Shown here: positions 1-10,817 of the stretch, one piece after another
How the letters are laid out: each line of letters begins with the position of its first letter
Position numbering within the stretch: the stretch's first letter is position 1
NCBI RefSeq assembly: GCF_001194135.2
Contig: NC_068981.1
Location: 188,589,521 to 188,629,390 of the forward strand
Source: Octopus bimaculoides
Lineage: Eukaryota
DNA length: 39,870 nt
Reading direction: 5' to 3'
Made by a program: the position numbers and the translations under genes
The notes under the pieces: generated by a model
What the model saw: only the letters and a program-made list of their open reading frames with translations
Told to the model about the DNA's origin: nothing
The model's database searches: none

Positions 1-342
1 TGTACCATCCTGAGCGTGACCGTTGCCAGTACCGCCTGACTGGCCTTGTAGGGTTTTCGAGCGAGATCGTTCCCAGTGCCCCTGGACTGGCTCTTGTGCG
101 GGTGGCACATAAAAGACACCATTTCGAGTGTGGCCGTTTTCGTGCGGGTGACACATAAAAACACCCACTACACTCTCTGAGTGGTTGGCGTTAGGAAGGG
201 CATCCAGCTGTAGAAACTCTGCCAAATTAGATTGGAGCTTGGTGTCGCCATCCGGTTGCACCAGTCCTCAGTCAAATCGTCCAACCCATACTAGCATGGA
301 AAGCGGACGTTAAACGATGATGATGATGATGATGATGATGAT
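1..342 (+). mobile_element. 3' end of an RTE-clade LINE (or RTE-tailed SINE) with (GAT)n tail
   Basis: GTGGTTGGCGTTAGGAAGGGCATCCAGCTGTAGAAAC...AAAGCGGACGTTAAACGATGATG. The same tail is attached to RTE ORF2 coding sequence at 13752-14225. Confidence 0.8.
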
Positions 343-559
343 ATATATATATATACACATATATATGTATGTATGTATGAGCAGGTATGCTGATATGTCT
401 GTGTGTATTTGTATTAATGTGATTATATGTGCGTAAGTGTGTATGTATATATATATATACATATATATATTAAGGGCATTACTATACATAAATACCTCAC
501 GCTAGGAGGGACTCTAAAAGTCAAACTACCATAATAAACACATTTTACCGAACGCGAGG

Positions 560-562
<3 letters not shown>

Positions 563-608
<46 letters not shown>
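563..608. repeat. (TG)n microsatellite
   Basis: Perfect dinucleotide run. Confidence 0.98.
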
Positions 609-612
<4 letters not shown>

Positions 613-1212
613 ATTGTGTATGAGTAATTAGAGTGTTAGATAGACTGCCTTCCAGTATTCATTCTGGCCCTCTGTGGTCTGAGTTCAAATGTTACCAGTG
701 CCACCTTTAATATTTATTCATGCAAAGTTCACAAATGAACAACCAAGCCTTACCTGGGGATGATACACTTCATATTCTTTGTGTCTGTCTGGATATGGTC
801 ACTTCTAGAAAGAAATTGGATATGATCACTCCTGGAAAGGGTTGGAATCTATTGAGTTTTAAAATGCCAGCTGTATTAGGAGTTGAAGACCCATGGCAAA
901 GCATACATATGTGTGTGTGTATGTGTGTGTGTGTACATGTGCTAATAGTAGTTTGGGTGATGGTCTGACAATCGTAAGGTCATACATTCGATTCTCAGAT
1001 GAGGGTACCACATTATGCCCTTCTGTAGGACACATCATATTACTGATTCAGCTGAAAATGAGTACCATTGACAACTGCTTCAGTGTCGATCCTGTAATGG
1101 ACTGGCGTCCCATTCAGTGAAGAATCTCATACTCTCTTTCTTCTAAGTTCTCCTAAACCAGTAGCCTAGATACAGACTAATTTTTTTCTTATATATATAT
1201 ATATATATATAT

Positions 1213-1410
1213 ATTAGCACGGTCAGCAAAAAGCTTAGCAGTATTTTGTCTGCCATTATGTTCTGGGTTCAAATTCTACCAAGGTCAACTTTGCCTTTCA
1301 TCCTTTTGGAGTTGTTAAATTAAGTACCAGTTATGCCCTGAGGTTGATGTAATCGACTTAATCCCTTACCCCAAACTCGTGGCCTTGTGATTCCAGTAGA
1401 AAGAATTAAT
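1213..1410 (+). mobile_element. tRNA-derived SINE, family 'B' (label used in this report)
   Basis: B-box-like GGGTTCAAATTC followed by the core CAACTTTGCCTTTCATCCTTT..G..GATAAATTAAGTACCAG shared with at least 7 other copies in the window. Confidence 0.8.
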
Positions 1411-1419
1411 TACTATCTT

Positions 1420-1615
1420 CTATATTTTGGATGAGGAGCTAATGGTAAGGAGGGTGATAAAGGCAGAAGTGGCAGGCAGCAGGACCAGGGGCAGACCTCG
1501 GTTTATGTGGATGGATGGAGTGAGGAAAGCTTTGGTGGTTAGAGGTGTTGGAGAGGCCAGAGAGTTTATTAATGATAGAAAAGCTTGGAGAGTGTTTGTG
1601 GATGGATGAGTGAAC
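1420..1615 (+). mobile_element. RTE-clade LINE ORF2 C-terminal fragment
   Basis: Translates as ...VAGSRTRGRPRFMWMDGVRKALVVRGVGEAREFINDRKAWRVFV, matching the RTE/Bov-B C-terminal G.R.RGRP..RW.D.V...DR..WR pattern. Confidence 0.8.
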
Positions 1616-1860
1616 TGATGTTGCTCAAAGGGGTACGGAACCAGTATGATGCAGCGGGGGTAAATCAACATATGCTGTCGGGCCCTGCTGCTGATATTGG
1701 GGGTTTGTGTTCTATGCCATAACCCGAGCAAAAGAAAGGGCTCACCGCTTTGTGCTGGGAAATCAATGGAATGCCTGATGTGTGCCTTGTGGTGGTTACA
1801 CCCTCCTATGGGGAATAGGCCTTGGTAGATTGGATCCAATATTTTATATATTTTTAAAGG

Positions 1861-2015
1861 ATTGCAGAATCATTAGCATGCTGTACGAAATGCTTCACTG
1901 CATGTCTTGCAGCTCTAGGTTCTCAGTTCAAATCCTACAGAGGATGGGTTTGTCTTTCATCCTTTCAGAATCCATAAAATAAATATTAGTTGAATATGAT
2001 CGACTTGACCCTATT
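1861..2015 (+). mobile_element. SINE family 'B', decayed
   Basis: GCAGAATCATTAGCATG head, GTTCAAATCC B-box, TTTCATCCTTT core. Confidence 0.7.
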
Positions 2016-2065
2016 GATTTTAGACATCACACCAGGGAAAACTAGGGTTACCCACTAAAAATTTA

Positions 2066-2470
2066 ACTGTGGCTGTGTGATAAGTAGCTTGCTTACCAAC
2101 CACATGGTTCCGGGTTCAGTTCCACTGCGTAGCACCTTGGGCAAGTGTCTTCTACTATATCCTCGGGCCGACCAAAGCCTTGTGAGTGGATTTGGTAGAC
2201 AGAAACTGAAAGAAGTCCGTCGTATATATATATATATATATATAATATATATATGTATGTGTGTGTCTGTGTTTGTCCCCCCACCATCGCTTGACAACCG
2301 GTGCTGGTGTGTTTACGTCCCCGTAACTTAGCAGTTCGGCAAAAAGAGACCGATACAATAAGTACTAGGCTTACAAAGAATAAGTCATGGGGTCAATTTT
2401 CTCGACTAAAGGCGGTGCTCCAGCATGGCCGCACTCAAATGACTGAAACAAGTAAAAGAGGAAAGAGAGA
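2066..2470 (+). mobile_element. tRNA-derived SINE family 'C', near full length, CpG-intact
   Basis: A-box-like TGGCTGTGTGATAAG, B-box-like GGTTCAGTTCC, internal (AT)n(GT)n, tail GACTGAAACAAGTAAAAGAG. Homologous to 6546-6936. Confidence 0.85.
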
Positions 2471-2519
2471 GTAACTTAATTCTTATTAATTATATTGTTA
2501 TTTTTGGAAATGGTCTTTT

Positions 2520-3270
2520 TTCCGCTATTATTATTATAATTGTCGATGATAGATGTAAAGCATCATAACGCAATTTAAGAAATATAAAAAAAACATATTA
2601 ACTGAAAGCCGGTTTAAACATTAAAAGTGCATTCGTTTGCAGACAATTTTCCTCTATTTATAAAGAAATGCTTAAAATAATCGTCAACCAGGCTGACACA
2701 GTGCAAGGGGAATAACTAGGAAAGTTTGTGGAAGAGTAATTCACCTGAATCCGTATCGAACACGATTTGACAAAGATTTTCTGAAAATTACCGTTAAAAT
2801 AAAATTTGCGTTTTAATTAATATAACTAATTACCATTAAAGCTGTACAGCAGGAAATTTAACTTTTTTTCCATAAAATCAAACATATGTAAAGGTATAAA
2901 ATTAATGAAAATGATTTTAAATCCGTTAGTGATATAATAACGACTTTCTGTTGAGATTGTTAATAAAAAAAGTAATTGTGACACTATAAATGTATTTCCT
3001 GTTAGTTTTCTTTGTAAAATTATATTTTCTAGTTATTTGCAATCTGAAGTTGTTAGAATTTCTATAATTAACTTAACTTCGTCGTTTTTACTCTTCGTTT
3101 ATTTACTTATTTTTTTGCTTTTTGCTTATTTTGCACTTATTTTTCAAAGATTTGTGTTTATAAAGTGACTAATTTCGTTTTTTTTTTTTTAAGATAATTT
3201 TTCAGATTATTGGGAAAAAAAAAGCTATGAAGTATTCTTTAAGTTTGCTTATTTATTTAACCGATACTTT
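2520..3270. promoter_or_regulatory. Putative unmethylated (CpG-retaining) bidirectional promoter region
   Basis: About 18 CpG in ~750 bp of very AT-rich unique DNA, versus about 8 in 3 kb at 28-31 kb (manual counts). A-rich left and T-rich right of ~2.9 kb. Minus-strand donor CAG|GTGAAT at 2745/2744; plus-strand donor-like CCT|GTTAGT at 3000/3001. Confidence 0.55.
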
Positions 3271-3339
3271 GTTTTCTTTTATAGAATACATTTGATTATT
3301 ATTTTTAATTCTTATGTCCATATTCAGTGGATTAAATAA

Positions 3340-3850
3340 TAATAATAATAATAATGAAATTATTGTGTACTACAGCTCATCAAAGGTACAATGTACAGTA
3401 CATAGACTTATGTACAAAAGTCAGGAAAGTGAGCAATGTATGAGTCATAATATACATGTGTGCATGCATATAGAGAGGCAGGGTTATCAGGTGTAGTGTT
3501 GGCGAATTTCAGGAAGCATGGGAGGTTTTAAAGGATGCAATGTCTCCACAACTAACAACTGATGCAGGTAGTTTGTTCCATGCTTCAGCAACTCTGAGTG
3601 TGAAAAAATGTTTCTAAAATCCATGAGAACTGTGCTGTTTTCTGACTTTGCGAGCATGCCCACGTATGTTAGAAATGTGGAGCTCAAAAAGGTTAATAAT
3701 TTTGTGAGTGTTTACTAAGTCAGTTGCAAGATATCAGAGCTTCAATATATCTATGCCCAGGGAAGCAAGGCGTTCAGAATATGGTAGATGCCTGATGGAG
3801 GGTATTAACTTGGTTGCACATCTCTGAACAGTTTTGAGAAGGTCAATATT
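3340..3850 (-). mobile_element. CR1-group LINE 3' end
   Basis: Minus strand reads LKTVQRCATKLIPSIRHLPYSERLASLG...THKIIN, then (with small indels) RGHARKVRKQHSSHGF..FFTLRVAEAWNKLPASVV...FK, followed by an (ATT)n-type tail. Confidence 0.85.
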
Positions 3851-4202
3851 CCTGTTCTCTGTGACTTTTTTTTTTTATATACAAACGTTAATCAATGAAT
3901 TAAGTCATGCAATCTATTTCCAATTCTGTCTTAAATTGATTTTTTCTTCTTCAATCAGAGGGTATACCTATTTTCTATGTGATTTGTACTGAAACATTCA
4001 AGAAATTGTATTCCCTATTTTAGAGTCTCTGTACCCCAAAGTTTTTTTCATTCAGGAAAAAAAATATATAACTAAAATAAAATTTTAAAATTTTTATTGA
4101 AGCGATAGTAGCAAAATAGAAATGAATTCTGAATTAGTGACTCTAAGTTAGGATGAAATGAGAAATTGTCAGAGTTTGATAATGCTTTAAAGCACATTAT
4201 AG

Positions 4203-4205
<3 letters not shown>

Positions 4206-4266
<61 letters not shown>

Positions 4267-4408
4267 TTAACGTCCGCTTTCCATGCTAGCATGGGTTGGA
4301 CGATTTGACTGAGGACTGGTGAAACCGGATGGCAACACCAGGCTCCAATCTAAATTTGGCAGAGTTTCTACAGCTGGATGCCCTTCCTAACGCCAACCAC
4401 TCAGAGAG
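4206..4408 (-). mobile_element. RTE 3' tail copy with long (GAT)n tail
   Basis: Reverse complement is nearly identical to 175-342; (CAT)n at 4206-4266. Confidence 0.85.
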
Positions 4409-4449
4409 AAATAAAAGATAAAATTACAGGTGTGGATAATTGTTGTCTG

Positions 4450-4703
4450 TTCCTTCTCAAGCCATGCATGGCTCATAAGGGCCAGCTTCCCAGTTTCATC
4501 ACAGGTGAGCTGCTAGATGCAGGAGGAAAGAGTGAGAGAAAGTTGTGGCAAAAGAGTCAGCAGAAGTTCATCATTACCTTCTGCTGGAGCCATGTGGAGT
4601 TTAGTTGTTTCACTCATAAACACACACATCACCTGGTTTGAGATTCGAACCCACAATCCCTCGGCTGCAAGTCTGCTGCTCTAACCACAAGGCCATGTGC
4701 CTC
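4450..4703 (-). mobile_element. tRNA-derived SINE, separate family
   Basis: Minus strand GGCACATGGCCTTGTGGTTAGAGCAGCAGACTTGCAGCCGAGGGATTGTGGGTTCGAATCTC has A- and B-boxes and continues into a non-tRNA body. Confidence 0.65.
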
Positions 4704-4809
4704 TATCATGTGGATAATTAGTGGGGAATTACTTAATTTTGGAATCTAACTCACATTTTATATTATTCTATAGTAAATAATGAATTATAAATATTTGATA
4801 AATCTAATT

Positions 4810-4955
4810 TAGAAATCGTTGGTGAGCTCATAGATTCATTACAGTATGGGATAGAATGCCACATGGTAGTTATTCAAGTTATGTGGGCTGAGTTCAAAGT
4901 CCACTGTGGCCAACTTTATTTTTTATCCTTTCAAAGTTGATAAATAAAGGAAATT
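4810..4955 (+). mobile_element. SINE family 'B'-like, strongly decayed
   Basis: CTGAGTTCAAAGTCC...CAACTTTATTTTTTATCCTTTCAAAGTTGATAAAT. Confidence 0.5.
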
Positions 4956-4977
4956 CCAACACTGGGTCAACTCTCTC

Positions 4978-5011
<34 letters not shown>

Positions 5012-5117
5012 AGATATCATTTGTGCTCAGAAGGGGACTGGGTCCACCAGGTTTGAAATGCCCATGACATGCCATAAGTCAGATCTGCAGTCAGTGGTTA
5101 GGGTTCAAGGAAGGTAT

Positions 5118-5168
<51 letters not shown>
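5118..5168. repeat. (TAC)n microsatellite
   Basis: Perfect trinucleotide run. Confidence 0.95.
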
Positions 5169-5169
<1 letters not shown>

Positions 5170-5824
5170 GCTGACAAAGCTATTCACCTCATTATTTCTT
5201 TTTTTCCCCCTTACACTAAATTACTTTAACAAACTGTCATTTCCCCTTGACATTTATTTCAAAATCGAACTTGTTTGTTAATACAACTTAATCTGAGATT
5301 ATCTGTTAAAGAATCATGCTTGTCTTTTAAAACATTTATTCTGTTGAATTCACTTTGGCTTTATATTATAATATTAATGGTTAAGAAAATTCTCTTATAC
5401 ACATCTATGATCTGGTCACTGATATCATTCAAATTGCATTTCATTTGTTGTTGTTAACTTAATTTCAGATGTTTTTAAGGCCAATTTTCAAAAATATTAC
5501 TCTTTTTTTTTTCCTTTTATTTATTTATTTTTTTTTTTTCTATAATGCATATTTCATTCAATTTATGATATGAAATCAAATAGGGAAAGATCTCACAGCA
5601 TTAGTACAAAACATAATAATCTATATTTATAACATATTTTGTAAAAACCTTTTTGCATGTATCGACTCAATAATGATTATAAAATCTGTTTTATTCATCT
5701 AGTCTTTGATCTTTATTTCATTGTTTACTTGAATAAAATAACAACAATAACACTAATAATTGCTGAAACCCAAGTAACAACAAGAAGAAGAGCAACACCA
5801 GTAATATATAAATAAATTGAACAA

Positions 5825-5834
5825 NNNNNNNNNN
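5825..5834. other. Assembly gap (10 N)
   Basis: N run. Confidence 1.
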
Positions 5835-6545
5835 CTTAGCCCCCACCCCACCCCACCTTAGCCTTAATTTTTCCAGTGTTAATTTCAGACCGTTTTGAAT
5901 ACCGTGCTAAAGATATTTATTAAGCTAACACTTATCAGTTTGTCATAGCAACATTGCTGTCAGGTCAAATGCACCATAAGATAACGGGTTTTGTCATATG
6001 TAATCAATATAGATGCCAATAGTTGAATAAGGTTTTTCTTAAGAGATCTATTTACTTGAATAAAATAACAACAATAACACTAATAATTGCTGAAACCCAA
6101 GTAACAACAAGAAGAAGAGCAACACCAGTAATATATAAATAAATTGAACAACATTAATAGTGTACTAGCTTACACAAATTATTGATTTGCATATTGCTAA
6201 TTGCTCAATTATGCTATTTCTTACTCATTGAGCCAACAGCAATTATAGTAAAGCTGAATCAATTTGAAGCAGCATACAAGTTTGTCTAATTTATGTCTTG
6301 AGATGTTGGTAAATGCTATTTCCTTTAGTGCTTTTTTCATACCTGCAACCTATTAAATCAGCCTCAAGCTCAGGTGAAACAACATTATTTGAGGAAATCT
6401 GATTTTTGGATTATCTTCCTACTATTATTAAATCCATGAAAATGTTACCTGAAGTCTTTGAAATAAAACTTGTATCCAAACGAAGAAACAAAGGAGTGTC
6501 TACGAGGTTACTTGCCCCGTTAGAAATTAAAGACAAAGGCCCCTA

Positions 6546-6936
6546 GGCATAGCTGTGTGGTAAGAAACTTGCTTCCCAACCACATGGTTTCAGGTTCATT
6601 TCCACCACATGGCACCTTGGGGAGGTGTCTTCTACTATAGCCTCGGGACAACCAAAGTCTTGTGAGTGGATCTGGTTGACAGAAACTGAAAGAAGCCTGT
6701 CATATGTATACACACATGTGTGTGTGTGTGTGTGATTGTGTCTATGTTTGCCCCCCACTACTGCTTGACAACCAATCTGGGTGTGTTTACATCCCTGTAA
6801 CTTAGTGGTTTGGCAAAAGAGACCGACAGAATAAGTACCAAACTTTAAAATAGTGCTAAGGTGAATTAGATTTGACTAAAAATTCTTCAAGGCAGTACTC
6901 CAGCATGGTCGCAATCTAATGACTGAAACCAGTAAA
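6546..6936 (+). mobile_element. SINE family 'C', CpG-decayed copy
   Basis: Colinear with 2066-2470; most CpGs converted to TG/CA. Confidence 0.85.
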
Positions 6937-7938
6937 CAAATATATTTATAAAGGTACTGAATAATCAGGAGCATCCAATGCATGTGAACAGAAAGGAAGT
7001 GGCTTTTTATGGCTGGAATGGTTTTTGTCATGAGTTGGCATGATCAAGGCTGACTTTGGGGCTAAGCAGTTGCAACAACTCACAGTTAAAAGACACATGC
7101 CAAGACAGCATGCTTGATTTGTGCTCTACAACTATATTTATATAAGGGCAGGCTAAGAGGGGCTTTACAGTTGTTATCACCAGGAATGTGACACAAGCAT
7201 ATCGGAAGATAGTCGTGTTACAATGTCGGGGAGAGAGAAAGCGAGAAGAGGAGTGATGCAAAATGATATTTAATGCAAATTAATGATGAGCAAATATTTG
7301 GAAAGTTTAAATAGCTGTTTAAATTGGAAATAAAAAGAATTTAGCTGCAAAATTGTTATGTTAGGAAGAAGAAGAAGAAGAAGAAGAAGAAGAAGAATAA
7401 AAAAAAAAAGAAGAAAGAAAGCAGGCATTGATTCAAAGTGTCTAATAATTGGATTTTGTGTATTTTCATTAAATTCTTAGATTAGATGAGTTTTGGAAAC
7501 ATTTAGTAAATTACTAAGCTCAAGAGTTGAAATAACGTGATGCAAATGGATTAAGATTCCAGGAAAACTTGAATTAGATTCAAATAGGCATAAATAGAGC
7601 GTGTATAAAATATATATAATTTGCTGTAGAATGGCTTGTTCCTGTAATGGTAATTTTTTTTTTCCTGCAGAATGTCCCTTCTTATTGGCCATTAAGAGGA
7701 TAAAGTGTAATTTATATGACTGTCTCCTAGCTTAGAAGTGTAAAAGCTCAGAAGACCATGATTTGCTCCAACATAAAAATATAATGTCACTGCCAATACA
7801 CATTTCATTTATAGGCCTTACATGTCCAGAACAAATAACTAAACAGATGGTATAAATATTGATTTATGGAAAATCTGTTTGGTTTCGGTTTTAGTCAAAC
7901 ACATGATGAAATGACAAAAAAGAAATAGTACAAAAACA

Positions 7939-7973
<35 letters not shown>

Positions 7974-8217
7974 NNNNNNNNNNNNNNNNNNNNNNNNNNN
8001 NNNNNNNNNNNNNNNNNNNNNNNNNNNNNNNNNNNNNNNNNNNNNNNNNNNNNNNNNNNNNNNNNNNNNNNNNNNNNNNNNNNNNNNNNNNNNNNNNNNN
8101 NNNNNNNNNNNNNNNNNNNNNNNNNNNNNNNNNNNNNNNNNNNNNNNNNNNNNNNNNNNNNNNNNNNNNNNNNNNNNNNNNNNNNNNNNNNNNNNNNNNN
8201 NNNNNNNNNNNNNNNNN
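7974..8217. other. Assembly gap flanked by (AT)n and (CT)n
   Basis: N run. Confidence 1.
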
Positions 8218-8308
8218 CTCTCTCTCTCTCTCTCTCTCTACTTCTATCATTCATCTAAACATCTATATTCACACACTATATACGTTGCTCACAAGATAAC
8301 TTTATGGT

Positions 8309-8359
<51 letters not shown>

Positions 8360-8960
8360 GTACTTGTCCATCCAATACATGCTGGCATGGAAAAACAGAT
8401 TTAAAATGAATGAAAAAAACAATAGCTATATATACACATGTATATATTTGTATAATAATAATAATAATAATGAACTTTCTTGGATACAGTACTCATCAGA
8501 AAAGGTTAAAAGAGGGGACAGAGAGGAACCCTAAATCAAGTGAAGAAAATTAGCAATGAAAGCTAAAAGCACATTACACAAAATAAAACACAAAGAATAG
8601 AAAAGTAAACAATAAAAGATGTATAAAAAAAGAAAAAGGTGCCTAGGCATGTCAGGGGTAATGTTGGTGAATTTCAGGAAACAGGAGGAAATTTTTGAAG
8701 GATGCAGTGTCCTAATAGAAGCAATTTATTCCATGCTTTAGCAATTCTGAGTGTGGAAAAATGTTTCTGAAATTCATGGGTGCAGTTCTATTTTTTGGTT
8801 TTATAAGCATGTTCGTGATTGGTAGAGGTACCGAATTCAAAAAGTTGGTCAAACTTGTTCTTAGAAAGGTGACAGATAATCTTGTGGGCTTCTATCAAGT
8901 CAGCCACTAAATGCTGCATTAATGCCTGCAGAAGCAACACATTGAAAGTTAATGGTACAT

Positions 8961-9436
8961 GACGGTACACAGACAGGATGCCGAATGCATTTTTGCCAAA
9001 GGACAAGAAGCCAAAGCCAAGAAGCTAAATGGACACAATGCCTAATGGACATAAAGTCGAATGGATAAGATGCTGAAAAGACATACAAAAATTAAAATTT
9101 AATCTCGTTAAATTTTAAGTGCCAAATTGGTAAATTGGTCATTAGACTCTGTAGGTAGGAATGTTTTGTTTTCTTTTTTGTTATTATTGTGTCTATTCAG
9201 CTGTATGTCCTTTCGGCATTGAGTCCGTTTGGCTTCATGTCCATTCAGCATTGCGTCCATTCAGCATTGCGTCCATTCAGCATTGCGTCCATTCAGCATT
9301 GCGTCCATTCAGCATTGCGTCCATTCAGCATTGCGTCCATTCAGCATTGCGTCCATTCAACATTGTGTCCATTCGGCTTCTTGGCTTCGGCGTCTTGTCC
9401 TTCGGCAAAAGTGCTTTCCAGGTCTTGTCCGCACAC
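8961..9436. mobile_element. Foldback-type non-autonomous DNA element (long TIRs with tandem subrepeats)
   Basis: 8985-9075 is the reverse complement of ~9340-9415. GTACAT flanks both sides (8955-8960, 9437-9442). Removing it restores CR1 sequence colinear with the copy at ~3790. Confidence 0.75.
9241..9368. repeat. 16-bp minisatellite CCATTCAGCATTGCGT, 7 perfect units plus 1 variant
   Basis: Head-to-tail units with no spacers. Confidence 0.97.
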
Positions 9437-10214
9437 GTACATCACTGACAAAAAGTATTTACTTTGTTGCATATCTCTAAACAGTTATCACTGGACTGGT
9501 ATCCTGGACAACATAGGGTCACCAGACTGAATAAAAAAAATTTAAGTGAGGATGAACCATAACTATATATAGCTTCAAATTGTTAGCTGTTGAGCAGCTG
9601 ACAAAGATCTTACTGAGTGATGTTAAGACACTTTCAACCATTTTATTTTGGCAATTTTAGAAATGTATTTAGTCCAACAGAAATCATTGTTAAAAATAAT
9701 GCCTGGAGTCATGTTCACCAGCAGACCTTTTTAGGGTTGGCGTTGTGAAGGGAGTCAGCAAATGTATAAAGTTGCACTTGTCTACAACCAGCTTGAGTTG
9801 ACAGTTAGTAATTTGTTGTTGTATTGTGTCCAGATCAGACTACAAGAAAGATCTATAGCATTAGGATTTGTTCTTTTTATCTGAAGGTACAGCTTGATAC
9901 AGTTTATATATTTTAACATAGTAACATGCTTCAAGTTTGTATCTATTTTCTCAATGCATGTAACAAACAACAGAGGACCAGGAACAGATCCCTGCAGGAC
10001 ACCAGATATCATTGCATAAAGTGCAGAATGTATATAAGTAGCACATAAAGATAACTACTAAATTTCAGGCTGATTAAAACAATCAGCAGAAGAAATTTAT
10101 TCAATGATGGTTATTCTATAGCATTCAGAAGCAATAGTAATATACTGTCATTAACTAGTACAGTGGTTCCTAACTTGAGGTCTACAGACCCTGATGGTCT
10201 GCAAAGGCGTCGAG

Positions 10215-10445
10215 CTGGCAGAATCATTAGCATGCCAGGCAAAATTTTTAATGGTATTTCGTCTGTCTTTATGTTCTGAGTTCAAATTCTGCCGAGGTCA
10301 ACTTTGCCTTTCATCCTTTTGAGGTCGATTAAATAAGTACCAGTTACACACTGGGGTCGATCTAATCGACTTATTCCTCTGTCTGTCCTTGTTTGTCCCC
10401 TCTATGTTTAGCCCCTGTGGGCAATAAAGAAATAAGAAAAAGAAA
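10215..10445 (+). mobile_element. SINE family 'B', young copy nested in the MITE
   Basis: CTGGCAGAATCATTAGCATGCC...GAGTTCAAATTCTGCCGAGGTCAACTTTGCCTTTCATCCTTT...AAGAAATAAGAAA tail. Confidence 0.85.
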
Positions 10446-10475
10446 TAAAAAGAGGTAGGACTTACGGTTCGTGAA

Positions 10476-10817
10476 NNNNNNNNNNNNNNNNNNNNNNNNN
10501 NNNNNNNNNNNNNNNNNNNNNNNNNNNNNNNNNNNNNNNNNNNNNNNNNNNNNNNNNNNNNNNNNNNNNNNNNNNNNNNNNNNNNNNNNNNNNNNNNNNN
10601 NNNNNNNNNNNNNNNNNNNNNNNNNNNNNNNNNNNNNNNNNNNNNNNNNNNNNNNNNNNNNNNNNNNNNNNNNNNNNNNNNNNNNNNNNNNNNNNNNNNN
10701 NNNNNNNNNNNNNNNNNNNNNNNNNNNNNNNNNNNNNNNNNNNNNNNNNNNNNNNNNNNNNNNNNNNNNNNNNNNNNNNNNNNNNNNNNNNNNNNNNNNN
10801 NNNNNNNNNNNNNNNNN
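10476..10817. other. Assembly gap
   Basis: N run. Confidence 1.

Larger units (their letters stand above)
8470..10015 (-). mobile_element. Decayed CR1-group LINE (RT to C-terminus), interrupted by a foldback MITE
   Basis: Minus strand: SGVLQGSVPGPLLF (RT PQGSVLGPLLF motif, ~9970-10010), GIIFNNDFCWTKYISKI, KLYIVMVHPHL, then after the insertion LVADLIEAHKII and the WN.L motif. Confidence 0.8.

Noticed and set aside
754-804. Minus-strand exon with a GTAAGG donor
   Set aside because: It is short and unsupported, lies among repeat-like fragments, and has no recognisable peptide.
4072-4266. Poly-Met ORF and the similar CV/YI/TH/LSIY/N-repeat ORFs in the supplied track
   Set aside because: These are translations of microsatellites or of N gaps.
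4630-4703. tRNA gene
   Set aside because: It has A/B boxes but no convincing acceptor stem and continues into a repeat body, so it is a SINE head. The same applies to the other tRNA-like heads.
5835-5864. G-quadruplex on the minus strand (GGTGGGGTGGGGTGGGGG)
   Set aside because: It abuts an assembly gap and has only three full G-tracts; the sequence is not trustworthy.
6051-6165. Minus-strand transmembrane-like peptide (YLYITGVALLLVVTWVSAIISVIVVILFK*)
   Set aside because: Two frames are equally hydrophobic because the strand is T-rich; there is an upstream in-frame stop and no usable acceptor.
9241-9368. CRISPR-like array
   Set aside because: Repeats are head-to-tail with no spacers, the DNA is eukaryotic, no cas genes are present, and the array lies inside a TIR arm.
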